From Candidatus Palauibacter sp. (lineage in GTDB: Bacteria > Gemmatimonadota > Gemmatimonadetes > Palauibacterales > Palauibacteraceae): a stretch of DNA of 64,000 nt. Below the pieces are notes generated by a model. It was not told the DNA's origin, did no database searches, and saw only the letters and a list, made by a program, of their open reading frames with translations. The stretch's first letter is position 1. Every line of letters begins with the position of its first letter. The translations under genes were made by a program, and so were the position numbers. This document shows, piece by piece, positions 49,485-59,149 of the stretch. The stretch lies in the NCBI RefSeq assembly GCF_965261555.1, contig NZ_OZ253465.1:166633-230632 (forward strand), written 5' to 3'.

Positions 49485-50672
49485 TCACGTCCCGAGCCGG
49501 GCGAGATAGCTCTCCACGTTGGACCGCATCTCCGCGACGCTGTCGCCGCCGAACTTCTCGATCCACGCGTCCGCGAGCACCAGCGCCATCATCGCCTCCC
49601 CGACGACCCCGGCGGCCGGCACCGAGCACACATCGCTGCGCTCGAGGAACGCCTTGGCGGGTTCTCCGGTCCGGGTGTCCACGCTGTCCAGGGGGCGGCG
49701 CAGCGAGCTGAGCGGCTTCATCGCCACGCGAGCGACGATGTCGCCTCCCGTCGACATCCCCCCTTCCAGGCCTCCCGCGTTGTTCCGCCGTCGCCTGTAG
49801 CCTCCGCTCTCGCGGCACGCCGGATCCCGTTCGATCTCGTCGTGGACATCGGACCCGCGGCGGCGTGCGGCCTCGAATCCCATCCCGATCTCGACGCCCT
49901 TCATCGCGTGGATCGACATCATCGCGCCGCCGATCCGGCCGCCCAGACGGGTCTCCCACGTGACGTGACTCCCGAGCCCCACCGGCACGCCGCGAGCGAC
50001 GACCTCGAACACGCCTCCCAGCGAGTCGCCGGCGCGGCGGGCGGCGTCGATCGCGTCGACCATCGCGGCGGTCGCATCCGGGTCGATGCAGCGCACGGGC
50101 GAGGCGTCGGCCACGGCGAGAAGGTCGTCCGGCAGCGGCAGCTCCGGCGGCGCCTCCACCGGACCGATCGACACCACGTGACTCTCGACGCGCACGCCGA
50201 ACTCGCCGAGCAGCCGCTTGGCGACGGCTCCGGCGGCGACGCGGGCGGCGGTCTCGCGCGCGCTCGCCCGCTCGAGGATGTCGCGCGCGTCCTTGCGCCC
50301 GTACTTGAGCATCCCCGCGAGGTCGGCGTGACCCGGCCGCGGCAGGTACGCCCGGCGCAGGAGTTCATCGTCGTCCACCTCCGGCGCCTCGACCGCCATC
50401 GCGACACCCCAGTTTCTGAAGTCGCGGTTGGGGATCCGGATCGCGAGCGGAGACCCCAGCGTCTCCCCGAGGCGCACGCCGCCGAAGATCTCGCCCTCAT
50501 CCTTCTCGATCTTCATGCGGCCCCCGCGGCCGTGACCGCCCTGCCGGCGCGCGAGTTCCCGCGCGATATCGTCGGGCTCGAGCGCCAATCCGGCGGGGAT
50601 CCCCTCCAGCACGGCGACCACGGCGGGGCCGTGCGTTTCGCCTGCCGTGGTCAGCCTCAGGCACCTCAGCAT
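49485..50672 (-). CDS. aroC: Chorismate synthase
   Basis: MLRCLRLTTAGETHG..., RPGHADL, GRSSARETA-like ASARETAARV. Start set to ATG 50672 within ORF 49485..50702. Confidence 0.9.
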   Translation of the reverse strand: MLRCLRLTTAGETHGPAVVAVLEGIPAGLALEPDDIARELARRQGGHGRGGRMKIEKDEGEIFGGVRLGETLGSPLAIRIPNRDFRNWGVAMAVEAPEVDDDELLRRAYLPRPGHADLAGMLKYGRKDARDILERASARETAARVAAGAVAKRLLGEFGVRVESHVVSIGPVEAPPELPLPDDLLAVADASPVRCIDPDATAAMVDAIDAARRAGDSLGGVFEVVARGVPVGLGSHVTWETRLGGRIGGAMMSIHAMKGVEIGMGFEAARRRGSDVHDEIERDPACRESGGYRRRRNNAGGLEGGMSTGGDIVARVAMKPLSSLRRPLDSVDTRTGEPAKAFLERSDVCSVPAAGVVGEAMMALVLADAWIEKFGGDSVAEMRSNVESYLARLGT

Positions 50673-50767
50673 TCTGTCAGCATCGCGTGGATCTCTCCTC
50701 ATCGAACGGCCGTTCCAACGGCGGGAAAAGGATTCGCCGAGGGCGGAAGCCGCAACTACGGCCCCCG

Positions 50768-52531
50768 CTACGACCCTTCAGGGAAGGGCCGAATGATGTG
50801 GGGAGTGACGAGGATGATGAGGTCCTGCTTCACTTCCTTCTCCTTCGTGCTCCGGAACAGGGTCCCGAGCACCGGGAGGTTCATGAGGCCGGGAATGCCG
50901 CTGAGGTTCCGAGTCACTTCGCTCAGCGTGAGTCCTCCGATGACGGCCGTCTCCCCATCCTCGAGCAGCAGGGTCGTCTCTCCGATCTGTTTCTCGAACA
51001 CGAAACCCACGTCCGACAGACCGAGCTTCAGGCCGGACCGCTCCGCCATCAACTCCAGCCGGATCTGGTTGTTGTTCGTCACGTGCGGGACGACATCCAG
51101 AATGATCCCGGTGTCCTGGAAGTCGACGTTTACGCGCGCGGACTCGGTCTGGGCTCCCGGCTCCAGGACCCGGATCGGGGTCCGTTCGCCCACCTGGATC
51201 CTTGCATGCGCGTGGTCCACGACCCGGATGGAGGGCGCCGCCTGCACGTCCGACAACTGGTGGGACTCGAGCGCTTCGAGGAACGAGAAGAGCGAGAACT
51301 CGCCGAACGCCACGGCCGTCAGGATCTGGAGCGCCGGTCCGATCGGCCGATCGTTCGCGTTCGCCAGCGCCGCGACCGCCGTGCCTCCCAGGCTCACGAG
51401 CGTTTCGTTCGTCCGCCTGACGAACCCCTGATCGCCCGTCCCATCGCCGTCCACGTCGACGACCTGGGGCGGCGAGTCGGGGTCGGGCACCGCGATGACA
51501 TCGTTGATGCCCTGCTCCACGAAACCGCCGTCGCGTTCCTTGAGGTCGTACACAATCCCCAGCTGCTGTACGTCCGTCCGATCGACGAACACGATTTTCG
51601 CCTCGATCGCGACCTGGGGGAGACGCCGGTCCAGCGTCGCGATGATCGTGTCCATCCGCGCGACGACGGATGGTGCGTCGGTGACGATGACGGTGTTGCT
51701 GCCGGAGAACGACACCACCTGACCGCGGTCGGGCGTCGCCAGATGCCGGAGCGTCTCCGCCACCGAATCCGCCCGCGCATAGTTGACCCGGATCACGCGC
51801 GTTTCGCTGAGCAGTTGATCGCGCGCCTGGAGGTTCTCCAGCCAGTCGACGACGATGATCCCGCTCTCGGTCCTGTGCCAGCCGAGGTTCTGGGCCGACA
51901 GGATCGCGTTGAGCGCCACATCCCATGGCTGGTCTCGGATGTCGATGCCTCGCACGACGACGGACGCGACCTCGCCGTTCGGAACAACCGATATGTCTGC
52001 GAACTCCGAGAAGCCGGCGAGGACGTCGAGCATGCTGGCGCTGTCGTACACGACGGAGATCCGGGCCAAGGCCTGCTCGGGAAGCTGTGGCGACCGGATG
52101 TCCGGCGTTCCGCGGAGCTCGGGTGTCGCGACGGCGTCCGAGGTCGACCAGGGAGGGAAAGGCGGCCCGGGATTCAGGAAGGTCACGCGAACCGCACCGG
52201 AGTCCGCGGTTACGTGGTAGGCGATTTCTCGATCGAGGTCGAATACGAGTCGCACCGTCTCGGGCCGGAACTGGGTTGAACGCATGCCGAGAACTCCGCC
52301 ACGGTCGATCCGATCGTAGTGGCGGCGCGCCAGTCCCCGGCTCACACCGTCGATGTCCAGGAGCAGCCGCGGAGGATTGGCGAGCATCATGTGGCGGGGC
52401 GTGGACCGTCCGCCGACGATCACCGTGATTTCGGTTTCCGTCCCCTCGGACGCGATCCTCACTTCCCGCATCTCGGTCGGGGACGCCGTCGCGACCGCTA
52501 CGGCGAACGCGAGAATTGTCCGGGATATCAT
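50768..52531 (-). CDS. pilQ: Type IV pilus secretin PilQ (AMIN domain + secretin)
   Basis: AMIN-like N-terminus. The C-terminus GETAVIGGL...IPGLMNLPVLGTLFRS...DLIILVTPHII is the secretin signature. Confidence 0.85.
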   Translation of the reverse strand: MISRTILAFAVAVATASPTEMREVRIASEGTETEITVIVGGRSTPRHMMLANPPRLLLDIDGVSRGLARRHYDRIDRGGVLGMRSTQFRPETVRLVFDLDREIAYHVTADSGAVRVTFLNPGPPFPPWSTSDAVATPELRGTPDIRSPQLPEQALARISVVYDSASMLDVLAGFSEFADISVVPNGEVASVVVRGIDIRDQPWDVALNAILSAQNLGWHRTESGIIVVDWLENLQARDQLLSETRVIRVNYARADSVAETLRHLATPDRGQVVSFSGSNTVIVTDAPSVVARMDTIIATLDRRLPQVAIEAKIVFVDRTDVQQLGIVYDLKERDGGFVEQGINDVIAVPDPDSPPQVVDVDGDGTGDQGFVRRTNETLVSLGGTAVAALANANDRPIGPALQILTAVAFGEFSLFSFLEALESHQLSDVQAAPSIRVVDHAHARIQVGERTPIRVLEPGAQTESARVNVDFQDTGIILDVVPHVTNNNQIRLELMAERSGLKLGLSDVGFVFEKQIGETTLLLEDGETAVIGGLTLSEVTRNLSGIPGLMNLPVLGTLFRSTKEKEVKQDLIILVTPHIIRPFPEGS

Positions 52532-52935
52532 TCGCCCGTCCCCCGTTCACGCCTTGCCCGCAGCGTCTCCTGACGGCTGACACCGAAGCTCGTGATCACG
52601 AAATCCACCTCCTCCATGCGAATCCGCACGACGCGGGCCGTGCCGATGATGTCGCGTTCCCGGGCTCGATACCGCCGACCCGTCGATCGATCAGTCAGAA
52701 TCGCCACGCTCCCCAGTTGCGGGTTGTACAGAACGCCGGCCAGCGCAAGGTCTCCGAAACGGGGCCCCGCCTGCGTATCGAGGTGAAGCGGCTGGAACGG
52801 GTCGCGTCGGTCGAAGGCGGGGTAGCTGAAGACCTCCCGCTCGTAGATCGGTGGCGGCCGTGTCTGCGCCGCGACCTCCAATGGCCCGGCCCGGAACGCC
52901 GCGGCGAGTACGGCGGCGAAGATCAAGCGAGTCAT
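52528..52935 (-). CDS. pilP: Pilus assembly protein PilP-like
   Basis: 135 aa from ATG 52935 (GGAGGAAGG upstream, ATGA overlap with pilO). RRDPFQPL motif. Sits between pilO and pilQ. Confidence 0.6.
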   Translation of the reverse strand: MTRLIFAAVLAAAFRAGPLEVAAQTRPPPIYEREVFSYPAFDRRDPFQPLHLDTQAGPRFGDLALAGVLYNPQLGSVAILTDRSTGRRYRARERDIIGTARVVRIRMEEVDFVITSFGVSRQETLRARRERGTGE

Positions 52936-53522
52936 CCTTCCTCCGGCGAAGTGCTGTTTTCCGGCGGAAGCACGAAGGTCTCGAGGCTGAAGCGCGCGTG
53001 AACGAGTTGCCGTCCCGAGTTGGTGATCCGCGAGGGTATGATCTCTTCGACCTCGGGCCGGACGATGCGGGCGAAGCCGGCGATTCGCGTCAGGAGCGTC
53101 CCGACATCGTGGTACGCACCCTCCACCTGGAGCGCCCACTGTTGCCGCACGAAGTAGCCGGTGGAGTCGGCCACGGGGTCGGCGGGCAAGGCGTGGACGA
53201 GTTCGAGACCCAGCGACTGCGTTTCGGCCGCGATGGCTTCGTAGATGGCCTCGACTTCACCCTCCCGCGGGACGAGTCGTTTCAGCACAGCGAGTTGCCG
53301 TTCACCGAGTACGAGACTCTCGCGTATCGCGTCCAGGTCGCTCGCAGGCAGCTCGGCGAGGGCGTTGGTCCGCTCCGCCCGCTCGACCCGCTCCGCCAAC
53401 TCGGCCAGTTCCACCCTGCGCGGGTTCCCGAAGTACAGATGGAAGGCCGTCCCGCCGCCCAGCAGGAGTACGAGTCCGAGCACCCGGTACTGCGCGCGGG
53501 AATCCATGGCCAGCACGGTCAA
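52932..53522 (-). CDS. pilO: Pilus assembly protein PilO
   Basis: ORF 52932..53522. N-terminal TM, a coiled-coil and a ferredoxin-like C-domain. Assigned from its position in the pilMNOPQ order. Start at TTG 53522 or ATG 53507. Confidence 0.7.
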   Translation of the reverse strand: MTVLAMDSRAQYRVLGLVLLLGGGTAFHLYFGNPRRVELAELAERVERAERTNALAELPASDLDAIRESLVLGERQLAVLKRLVPREGEVEAIYEAIAAETQSLGLELVHALPADPVADSTGYFVRQQWALQVEGAYHDVGTLLTRIAGFARIVRPEVEEIIPSRITNSGRQLVHARFSLETFVLPPENSTSPEEG

Positions 53523-54139
53523 GTGGGTTCGATCCGCCGGAGGGCGGACGCATGGGCGAACCGAAGAACGAGCGTGAAGGCCTGCCGGGAACCATGATCG
53601 GGGCCGGATCCCTGCCGCTGGCTGCCGACGATCTTCACATCGGCGATATAGTCCGAGATCCCCAGGCTACGGACGAATTCCGTGATCGCGAGCGGATTGC
53701 CCGCCACTCCCTGGAGTTCGACGGCAAGGTCGGGCGGCGGCGACAGTTGGCGCAGGGAAACCAGCCACGCCGGCGGCGGGAGCGCGCGGCTGATTTCATC
53801 CATCATGTGCGGCCACGCGAACCGGTCGCGGTCCAGTTGTTCGACCAGGACGACGCGCTCCCGGATCTCGCGGGACCGCTCCGACAGACTGTCGCTTGCG
53901 GCCCGGAGGTCGGCGAGCCTCGCCGAGTCCGCCATCACCGCTTCAAGACGCGCCCGGAGTTCGAGAGCTTCGGCCCGTTGCGACCACCACAGCGCGACCG
54001 TGCCCGGCGGGATGGTCAGTGCCGAGATCAGCAGTGCGACACCCCAAACGTCGATGTGGAGCCCGCCTTCGGCGTGCCGGTTGGTCGCGATTCCTTGCCG
54101 AGCGCGCAGGGATTCGGGCAGAAGATTGATCTCGATCAT
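53519..54139 (-). CDS. pilN: Pilus assembly protein PilN
   Basis: MIEINLLPE... is the conserved PilN N-terminus, followed by a TM segment. It is residue 101 onward of ORF 53519..54439. Confidence 0.75.
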   Translation of the reverse strand: MIEINLLPESLRARQGIATNRHAEGGLHIDVWGVALLISALTIPPGTVALWWSQRAEALELRARLEAVMADSARLADLRAASDSLSERSREIRERVVLVEQLDRDRFAWPHMMDEISRALPPPAWLVSLRQLSPPPDLAVELQGVAGNPLAITEFVRSLGISDYIADVKIVGSQRQGSGPDHGSRQAFTLVLRFAHASALRRIEPT

Positions 54140-54161
54140 GGTCGTACACCCGCCTCCACGT

Positions 54162-55121
54162 TCAGCCGCCCCGGGCCGGGGACCGAAGAGCCAGCCCGAC
54201 GGAGAGCATGAGCATCGGCGCCACCGAGCCCAGATCCGTTCGGTCCGCGACCTCCGGCGCGACCTCGATGCGTTCGAACGCACTCGCGAGGCGCGTTTCC
54301 ACGCCGGTTGTTTCCGCGAGAATCTCGACGAGTCCGGACGCCGTGGCTCCGCCCCCGCACAGGTATACGCGTGCGATCCCCGGTCCCATCTCGACGAGCG
54401 CCCCCGTCCGGTCGATACCGCGCGCGATCCGGCGGGCACACTCTTCCAGCTCGTCCGCGGCCGGGGCGCCGACAGCCAGTTCGCGGGTCACCAGGGGAAG
54501 TCCGTTCCGCAACAGGTGAATGGCGGTCGAATGGACCCCGATGTCGGCCAGCACGGTCACGTCCTTCATTGCGATCGGATGGTTCGCCTCGAACGCGTTG
54601 CGAAGGGCCAGGGCCTCCACGTCGACGATCGTCGGGTTCAGGTCCGCCCGCCGCAGGAGTGCGACGCGCGACTCGATGACGTCGCGCTTCGCCGCCGCCA
54701 GCAGCACGGTCATCGTCGAGCTCTCTCCGTTCGGATCGATGATCGCGAAGTCCAGTTCGGCGTTCTTCATGTCGAAGGGGACGTGCTGCTCCGCCTCCCA
54801 CGGCATCACGGCGCGGGCCTCCGCCTCATCCATCCGGTCGATCTCGATCACCTTGCTCAGGACATCGCGCCCACCGATGCCGATGGTCACATTGCGGGGC
54901 TTGATTCGCTCTCGCTTGAACAGGGCGGAAAGCGTGTCGGCGACCCGCTCCGGATCCCTGATCGCCCCACCGCGCACGGTGCCCGTCTCGTTCGGGGCGG
55001 TCGCGAGCCCTGTCAGGCATGGCCCGCTCTCGCCATGGTCGATTACCGCCGCCTTGCTGAAGCCGGTGCCGATATCGACGCCCACGGTCGTCTTCCGACG
55101 CCGCAATCCGAATCCCCTCAT
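54162..55121 (-). CDS. pilM: Pilus assembly ATPase-like protein PilM
   Basis: VGVDIGTGFSKAAV is actin-like ATPase phosphate 1. LADIGVHSTAI and YLCGGGA follow. Confidence 0.85.
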   Translation of the reverse strand: MRGFGLRRRKTTVGVDIGTGFSKAAVIDHGESGPCLTGLATAPNETGTVRGGAIRDPERVADTLSALFKRERIKPRNVTIGIGGRDVLSKVIEIDRMDEAEARAVMPWEAEQHVPFDMKNAELDFAIIDPNGESSTMTVLLAAAKRDVIESRVALLRRADLNPTIVDVEALALRNAFEANHPIAMKDVTVLADIGVHSTAIHLLRNGLPLVTRELAVGAPAADELEECARRIARGIDRTGALVEMGPGIARVYLCGGGATASGLVEILAETTGVETRLASAFERIEVAPEVADRTDLGSVAPMLMLSVGLALRSPARGG

Positions 55122-55124
55122 GTC

Positions 55125-55973
55125 TCAGTTGCGGAGCGGCATCGCGTAGACGACTCGCCGACCCGCTGCACGTCCGTTTCGGCCGATCCCCGTACCGATC
55201 AGCCGGATCTCGCGCACGCGGGAAAGGTCGCCGGACGCTACGCGGGCCTGAATGGCGCCGCTCGACAATCGGTACTCGAACGCGGCGCCGGACTCGAGGG
55301 GGGACACGAACTCCTGGCCGTTGCGCCGGATGGACACCGTTCCCGACTCGGAATCGGATGAGTGGATGGCGTAGGTGAGCCGTCCATAGACGCGAGCGAG
55401 CGAGCCGGCCGCGGGCATCGCCGCGAAGCCTCCGCTCCAGCCGCTTGTGCGGCGGAACCACCGCGTCGACACCCGATTCGCCCGATCCGCTCCGGCCGCC
55501 CTGCAAGCGGTCTCCGCTGCCGTCGAGACACTGGAAGCGGGCGCAAATCCGTCCGCGTAGACCCAGGCCGCCTGGTACGGCCCGGAAAGCGCCGTGCCGC
55601 GCCACCCGGACTGAAGATTCGCGGCGGTGGAATCGTAGGCGAAGAGATCGATGGAGCCGCCGCTCGCCGTGCCGCATACGATCGCCTTCAAGATGTCCAC
55701 GCGGACGGACACCGTGTCGGGCGTCGCAAGGAGCAGGTCGCCCGGCCCGGCGCCGCGGATCTCCGCTCCCATTCCGTCGGACAGCGCGCGTGCAATCTGC
55801 GACGCCTGGATGGCATCCTCATTACGCAGGTGAAAGCGGCTCTGACTCGCCAGCAGGCCTACGAGCAGGCCGATGAGCAAACCGGCGCCCGTCAGCGCGA
55901 CGAGCATCTCGGCGAGCGTGAACCCTTCCTGGCCGCAGACCCCGGCGGGCGCGAGACGGCGTGGAACGCTCAT
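55125..55973 (-). CDS. Minor pilin (PilW-like), prepilin-type N-terminal methylation motif
   Basis: From M85 of ORF 55125..56225: MSVPRRLAPAGVCGQEG|FTLAEMLVALTGAGLLIGL. Confidence 0.6.
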   Translation of the reverse strand: MSVPRRLAPAGVCGQEGFTLAEMLVALTGAGLLIGLLVGLLASQSRFHLRNEDAIQASQIARALSDGMGAEIRGAGPGDLLLATPDTVSVRVDILKAIVCGTASGGSIDLFAYDSTAANLQSGWRGTALSGPYQAAWVYADGFAPASSVSTAAETACRAAGADRANRVSTRWFRRTSGWSGGFAAMPAAGSLARVYGRLTYAIHSSDSESGTVSIRRNGQEFVSPLESGAAFEYRLSSGAIQARVASGDLSRVREIRLIGTGIGRNGRAAGRRVVYAMPLRN

Positions 55974-56344
55974 GGCGCCGCGGGCAGCGGGCGGGGCCGC
56001 GAGAGAACGATCTCGAGTTCCGCCTCCGGGGCCGTGGCCGGAGGCAGCGACACCGTCACGTGGGCGTGCTTGAGCCGCGGCGACCGTTCGGCCACGTCGT
56101 GCGACACGTCGAATCGACGTCCGCCGACGTCGACGACGCTCGTGTGGGAAGCCGCGGCCGCGTAACCGGCCCGGACGAGCGATTCCACGGCGTTTCGACC
56201 CGCGAGTGCGTGCTCCGTGTCCCACGCCGCCCGGAGCGCCTGCGAACCGACCCCGAGCACTACGCCCGCCGCTCCGAGGACCCCGACGGACGTCACGACG
56301 ATGGCCAGCAGGACTTCGACCAGACTGAAGCCGGCGGTCTTCAA
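55970..56344 (-). CDS. Minor pilin (PilV-like)
   Basis: MKTAG|FSLVEVLLAIVVTSVGVLG. TTG start. Confidence 0.6.
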   Translation of the reverse strand: MKTAGFSLVEVLLAIVVTSVGVLGAAGVVLGVGSQALRAAWDTEHALAGRNAVESLVRAGYAAAASHTSVVDVGGRRFDVSHDVAERSPRLKHAHVTVSLPPATAPEAELEIVLSRPRPLPAAP

Positions 56345-56832
56345 TGTTGAAAAGGCGCCGGGCGAACCCGGCCCAGGAAGTTCGACACCAGCCGAATTCC
56401 CCGGTCGCCGCGATACAGGTAGACGCTACCGGGGGATCCGTGTCCCCGCGCGTTGAAACGGAGCGTGGAGGGCTGCAACCGCACCGAGTCGAGCCGGCCG
56501 AGCGTGTGTCTCCCGAGGTCGACGCGAGACAGCAGCGATCCCCCGTGCCGCGACACCTCGAGCCGGGTCCCCGCGAGCGTCACCGCCGTCGGCGCATGGG
56601 TCGCCATCGCGTGGAGGCGTGCCAGCGTGAGCTGCGACTCCGCCACCCGGGCGGCTCGCGTCAGGCTGAAACGGTCGAGGGGTTCGCGAGAGATGATGAA
56701 GGCCGCGGCCAGGCCAGTGACCGCCAGCGCGACCGCGACCTCCACCAGACTGAACCCACTCCGCCCTCTATGCGATCTACGTGATCCGTCTTGCTGCACG
56801 GGGTGCTCCCTTTCCTGAACGAGCGTTGGCAA
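56341..56832 (-). CDS. Minor pilin (GspH/FimT-like)
   Basis: ...RGRSG|FSLVEVAVALAVTGLAAAFII. Start uncertain. Confidence 0.55.
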   Translation of the reverse strand: MPTLVQEREHPVQQDGSRRSHRGRSGFSLVEVAVALAVTGLAAAFIISREPLDRFSLTRAARVAESQLTLARLHAMATHAPTAVTLAGTRLEVSRHGGSLLSRVDLGRHTLGRLDSVRLQPSTLRFNARGHGSPGSVYLYRGDRGIRLVSNFLGRVRPAPFQH

Positions 56833-56877
56833 CTCTGTCCGTAAGGATCGTCCCCCCTATCAACGGCGCATCAACGG

Positions 56878-57303
56878 CTAACAACTGGTGGCCTCGACGA
56901 TCTGCCCGATGGCTCCCGAGGCGTTCGCGGCCGAGGAATTCACGCACCACGTGTTCGGCGAAGATGCGTGTTTCGCCGTGATCCGGTAGCCGTCCGTATA
57001 GGCGGTCACCGCCAGCGAGATGTTCGTGCTGGCCTGAAAGTCCCGGGTCCCGTCGCCATCCAGGTCCGCCCCTCCGCCTGCGGCCACGCTGACTGCAGCA
57101 TAGGCCTGGTGGTTGAAGAAGTACGCTTCTTCCGCCGTCATCAGGTTGCGAATGTCGCTCTGCGCGGCGGCATCGAACGCCTTTTCCTTCGTGCTTGTGA
57201 ACTGCGGAATCGCGATGGCCGCGAGAATGCCGATGATGACGACCACGATCAGCAGTTCGATCAGCGTGAACCCCTCCGTACCACCCCTCGTCGTTCTCCT
57301 CAT
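56878..57303 (-). CDS. pilA: Major type IV pilin
   Basis: MRRTTRGGTEG|FTLIELLIVVVIIGILAAIAIPQF. C-terminal Cys pair (WCVN...ATSC). ATG 57303 after GAGGAGAGGG is preferred over GTG 57315. Confidence 0.75.
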   Translation of the reverse strand: MRRTTRGGTEGFTLIELLIVVVIIGILAAIAIPQFTSTKEKAFDAAAQSDIRNLMTAEEAYFFNHQAYAAVSVAAGGGADLDGDGTRDFQASTNISLAVTAYTDGYRITAKHASSPNTWCVNSSAANASGAIGQIVEATSC

Positions 57304-57411
57304 CCCTCTCCTCACTTCCGCCCGGGTTGGATCTTCGGCAGCACCTCCAGTGGGGCTGCGCGGGCCGCGGCTCCGGCGGCGCGCCGGCGACCGCGGACGG
57401 TTACCCCATAA

Positions 57412-57873
57412 TTAGACGTCGTCCAGCAACGGGGTCTCAACGTCCCATTCCGGCGCTTCGTCAAAACCGGTGGCCGCACGGATCCGGCCACTCCGCACCG
57501 ACAGAGTCAGCGAATGCACCCGTCCGGCGCCGTCACACAGCGGCCGGCGGATCTCCTCTGTTCCGACCGACGGCTCCGGAGGCGGCAACCCCAGCGCCCG
57601 CAACGCCTCCGGCACGGTGTCGAACCCCTCCGCGAAGGCGGCCGTCCACGACCGGACGAGTGCCGGACCGCCGACCCGGTCCGGCCTGGCTCGCAGACGC
57701 AACGTCCAGTTCGGAGCCTCGAAGCGCAGCCACCGATCCTCCCCGGCGCGCCGATCCGTCTCCGGGCGTCCGTACCGCTCGAAGGCCGCGTCGACCGACT
57801 GGCCGAGGAGGTCCCGCACGCAGGGAGCCGTCCCGCCGTGGATCGAGTCTTCGTCGTTTCTGTTCGCAGACAT
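57412..57873 (-). CDS. Hypothetical protein between pilA and pilC
   Basis: ORF 57412..57960 from M30. No family recognised. Confidence 0.35.
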   Translation of the reverse strand: MSANRNDEDSIHGGTAPCVRDLLGQSVDAAFERYGRPETDRRAGEDRWLRFEAPNWTLRLRARPDRVGGPALVRSWTAAFAEGFDTVPEALRALGLPPPEPSVGTEEIRRPLCDGAGRVHSLTLSVRSGRIRAATGFDEAPEWDVETPLLDDV

Positions 57874-57946
57874 GCGGCAAGAAGAGGAACGAGGTGAAGC
57901 CCCGCAAGCCGCGAGGCGCGTACCTCCCGCGATGTCGACGGCGGCG

Positions 57947-59044
57947 TCACTGGATCGCATTGATGAGTTCGAAGATCGGGAGGTACATGGAGATGATCAT
58001 CCCACCGACGAGACCTCCGAGGACCACGATGAGAACGGGCTCCAGGATCCTCAGCAGACTCTCGGCACCGGCATCGACTTCGTCGTCGTAGAAGTCGGCG
58101 ATCCGGGTCAGCATCCCATCGAGATCTCCGGTCTCTTCTCCGACGTGGATCATTCGGGCCACCATGGGTGGGAAGGCCCCGGTTTCGCGCAGTGGCCGGG
58201 CAATGGAATCACCCCGCCGGATCGCGGCCCGACTCGCCTGTATCGCATCCTGGATCACGCAGTTCCCAGCCGTCCGCGCCGTGATCTCGAGTCCTTCCAG
58301 AATCGGAACGCCCGACGAGAGCAGCGTTCCCAGGGTCCGCGTGACGCGGGACACCGCGGTTTTCCGGATCAGAGAACCGAGAACCGGCAGTTGCAGCAGC
58401 GTACGGTCGAAGTGCCGCCGACCCGCGTCCGTGGCGATCCAGCGGCGCAGTATCAGGACTACGCCGGCCGCCACAGCGAGCAGCGCCCACCACCAGTTCT
58501 GGACGATCCCCGAGAGACCGATGACCACGCGTGTCGGAAGGGGGAGCGTCGCGCCAAGGCTCGCGAACACGGTCTCGAACGTCGGGATCACAAAGAGAAG
58601 GAGTGTCGCGACGACGGCCATGGCCACGGCGAGCACGACGGCGGGATAGAGCATGGCGCCCTTCACCTTGCGGCGGATCTCTTCGCTCTTTTCGAGGAAG
58701 GTCGCGAGGCGGTCGAGAATCCCGTCCAACCTGCTCCCCGACTCCCCGGCATGGACCATGTTCACGTAGAGCCGTGAGAAGACGCGGGGATGCCTGCCGA
58801 GCGCGCCGGCCAGCGTGTTCCCGGCCTCGACATCGCGAAGCGTGTCGCGGGCCACGTGCCGAAGCACGGCGTTTTCCGCCTGGAGCGCGAGGATCTCGAG
58901 CGTCCGGGTGAGCGGCAACCCGGCGCTGGTCATCACCGAGAACTGCCGCGTGAAGAGCACGAGATCACGCGTCTTCACCCGTGCCGATGGCGCGGAGATA
59001 CTGCGCCGCACGCGCCGGCTCATGTTCGCCAGGACGGACGTCAC
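57947..59044 (-). CDS. pilC: Type IV pilus platform protein PilC (GspF family)
   Basis: LFTRQFSVMTSAGLPL..., a second repeat TRTLGTLLSSGVPILEGL, and a C-terminal TM. Confidence 0.85.
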   Translation of the reverse strand: MTSVLANMSRRVRRSISAPSARVKTRDLVLFTRQFSVMTSAGLPLTRTLEILALQAENAVLRHVARDTLRDVEAGNTLAGALGRHPRVFSRLYVNMVHAGESGSRLDGILDRLATFLEKSEEIRRKVKGAMLYPAVVLAVAMAVVATLLLFVIPTFETVFASLGATLPLPTRVVIGLSGIVQNWWWALLAVAAGVVLILRRWIATDAGRRHFDRTLLQLPVLGSLIRKTAVSRVTRTLGTLLSSGVPILEGLEITARTAGNCVIQDAIQASRAAIRRGDSIARPLRETGAFPPMVARMIHVGEETGDLDGMLTRIADFYDDEVDAGAESLLRILEPVLIVVLGGLVGGMIISMYLPIFELINAIQ

Positions 59045-59149
59045 GGGCTCTCGACCCGGAGAGAGGCGGACCGACCGCCAGCCCCCACATCATCCACCCC
59101 ACGCCATCGCCGGCGGCCGGTCCCTGCTGCCCCCCTCACGTCGACTCCG

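Noticed and set aside
53451-54181. Apparent 1-nt frame discrepancies in pilO (C-run near 53451-53460) and at the pilM/pilN junction (G-run near 54177-54181) when I hand-indexed the printed sequence
   Set aside because: The ORF track gives continuous, full-length PilO, PilN and PilM translations. The two discrepancies cancel and both fall at homopolymer runs at line ends. This is most likely my counting error. I used the ORF-track coordinates, and my hand-derived coordinates elsewhere may be off by 1.
57304-57411. Sigma54 (-24/-12) promoter upstream of pilA
   Set aside because: The closest match, TGGAGGTGCTGC, has the wrong GG-GC spacing. No TGGCAC-N5-TTGC was seen.
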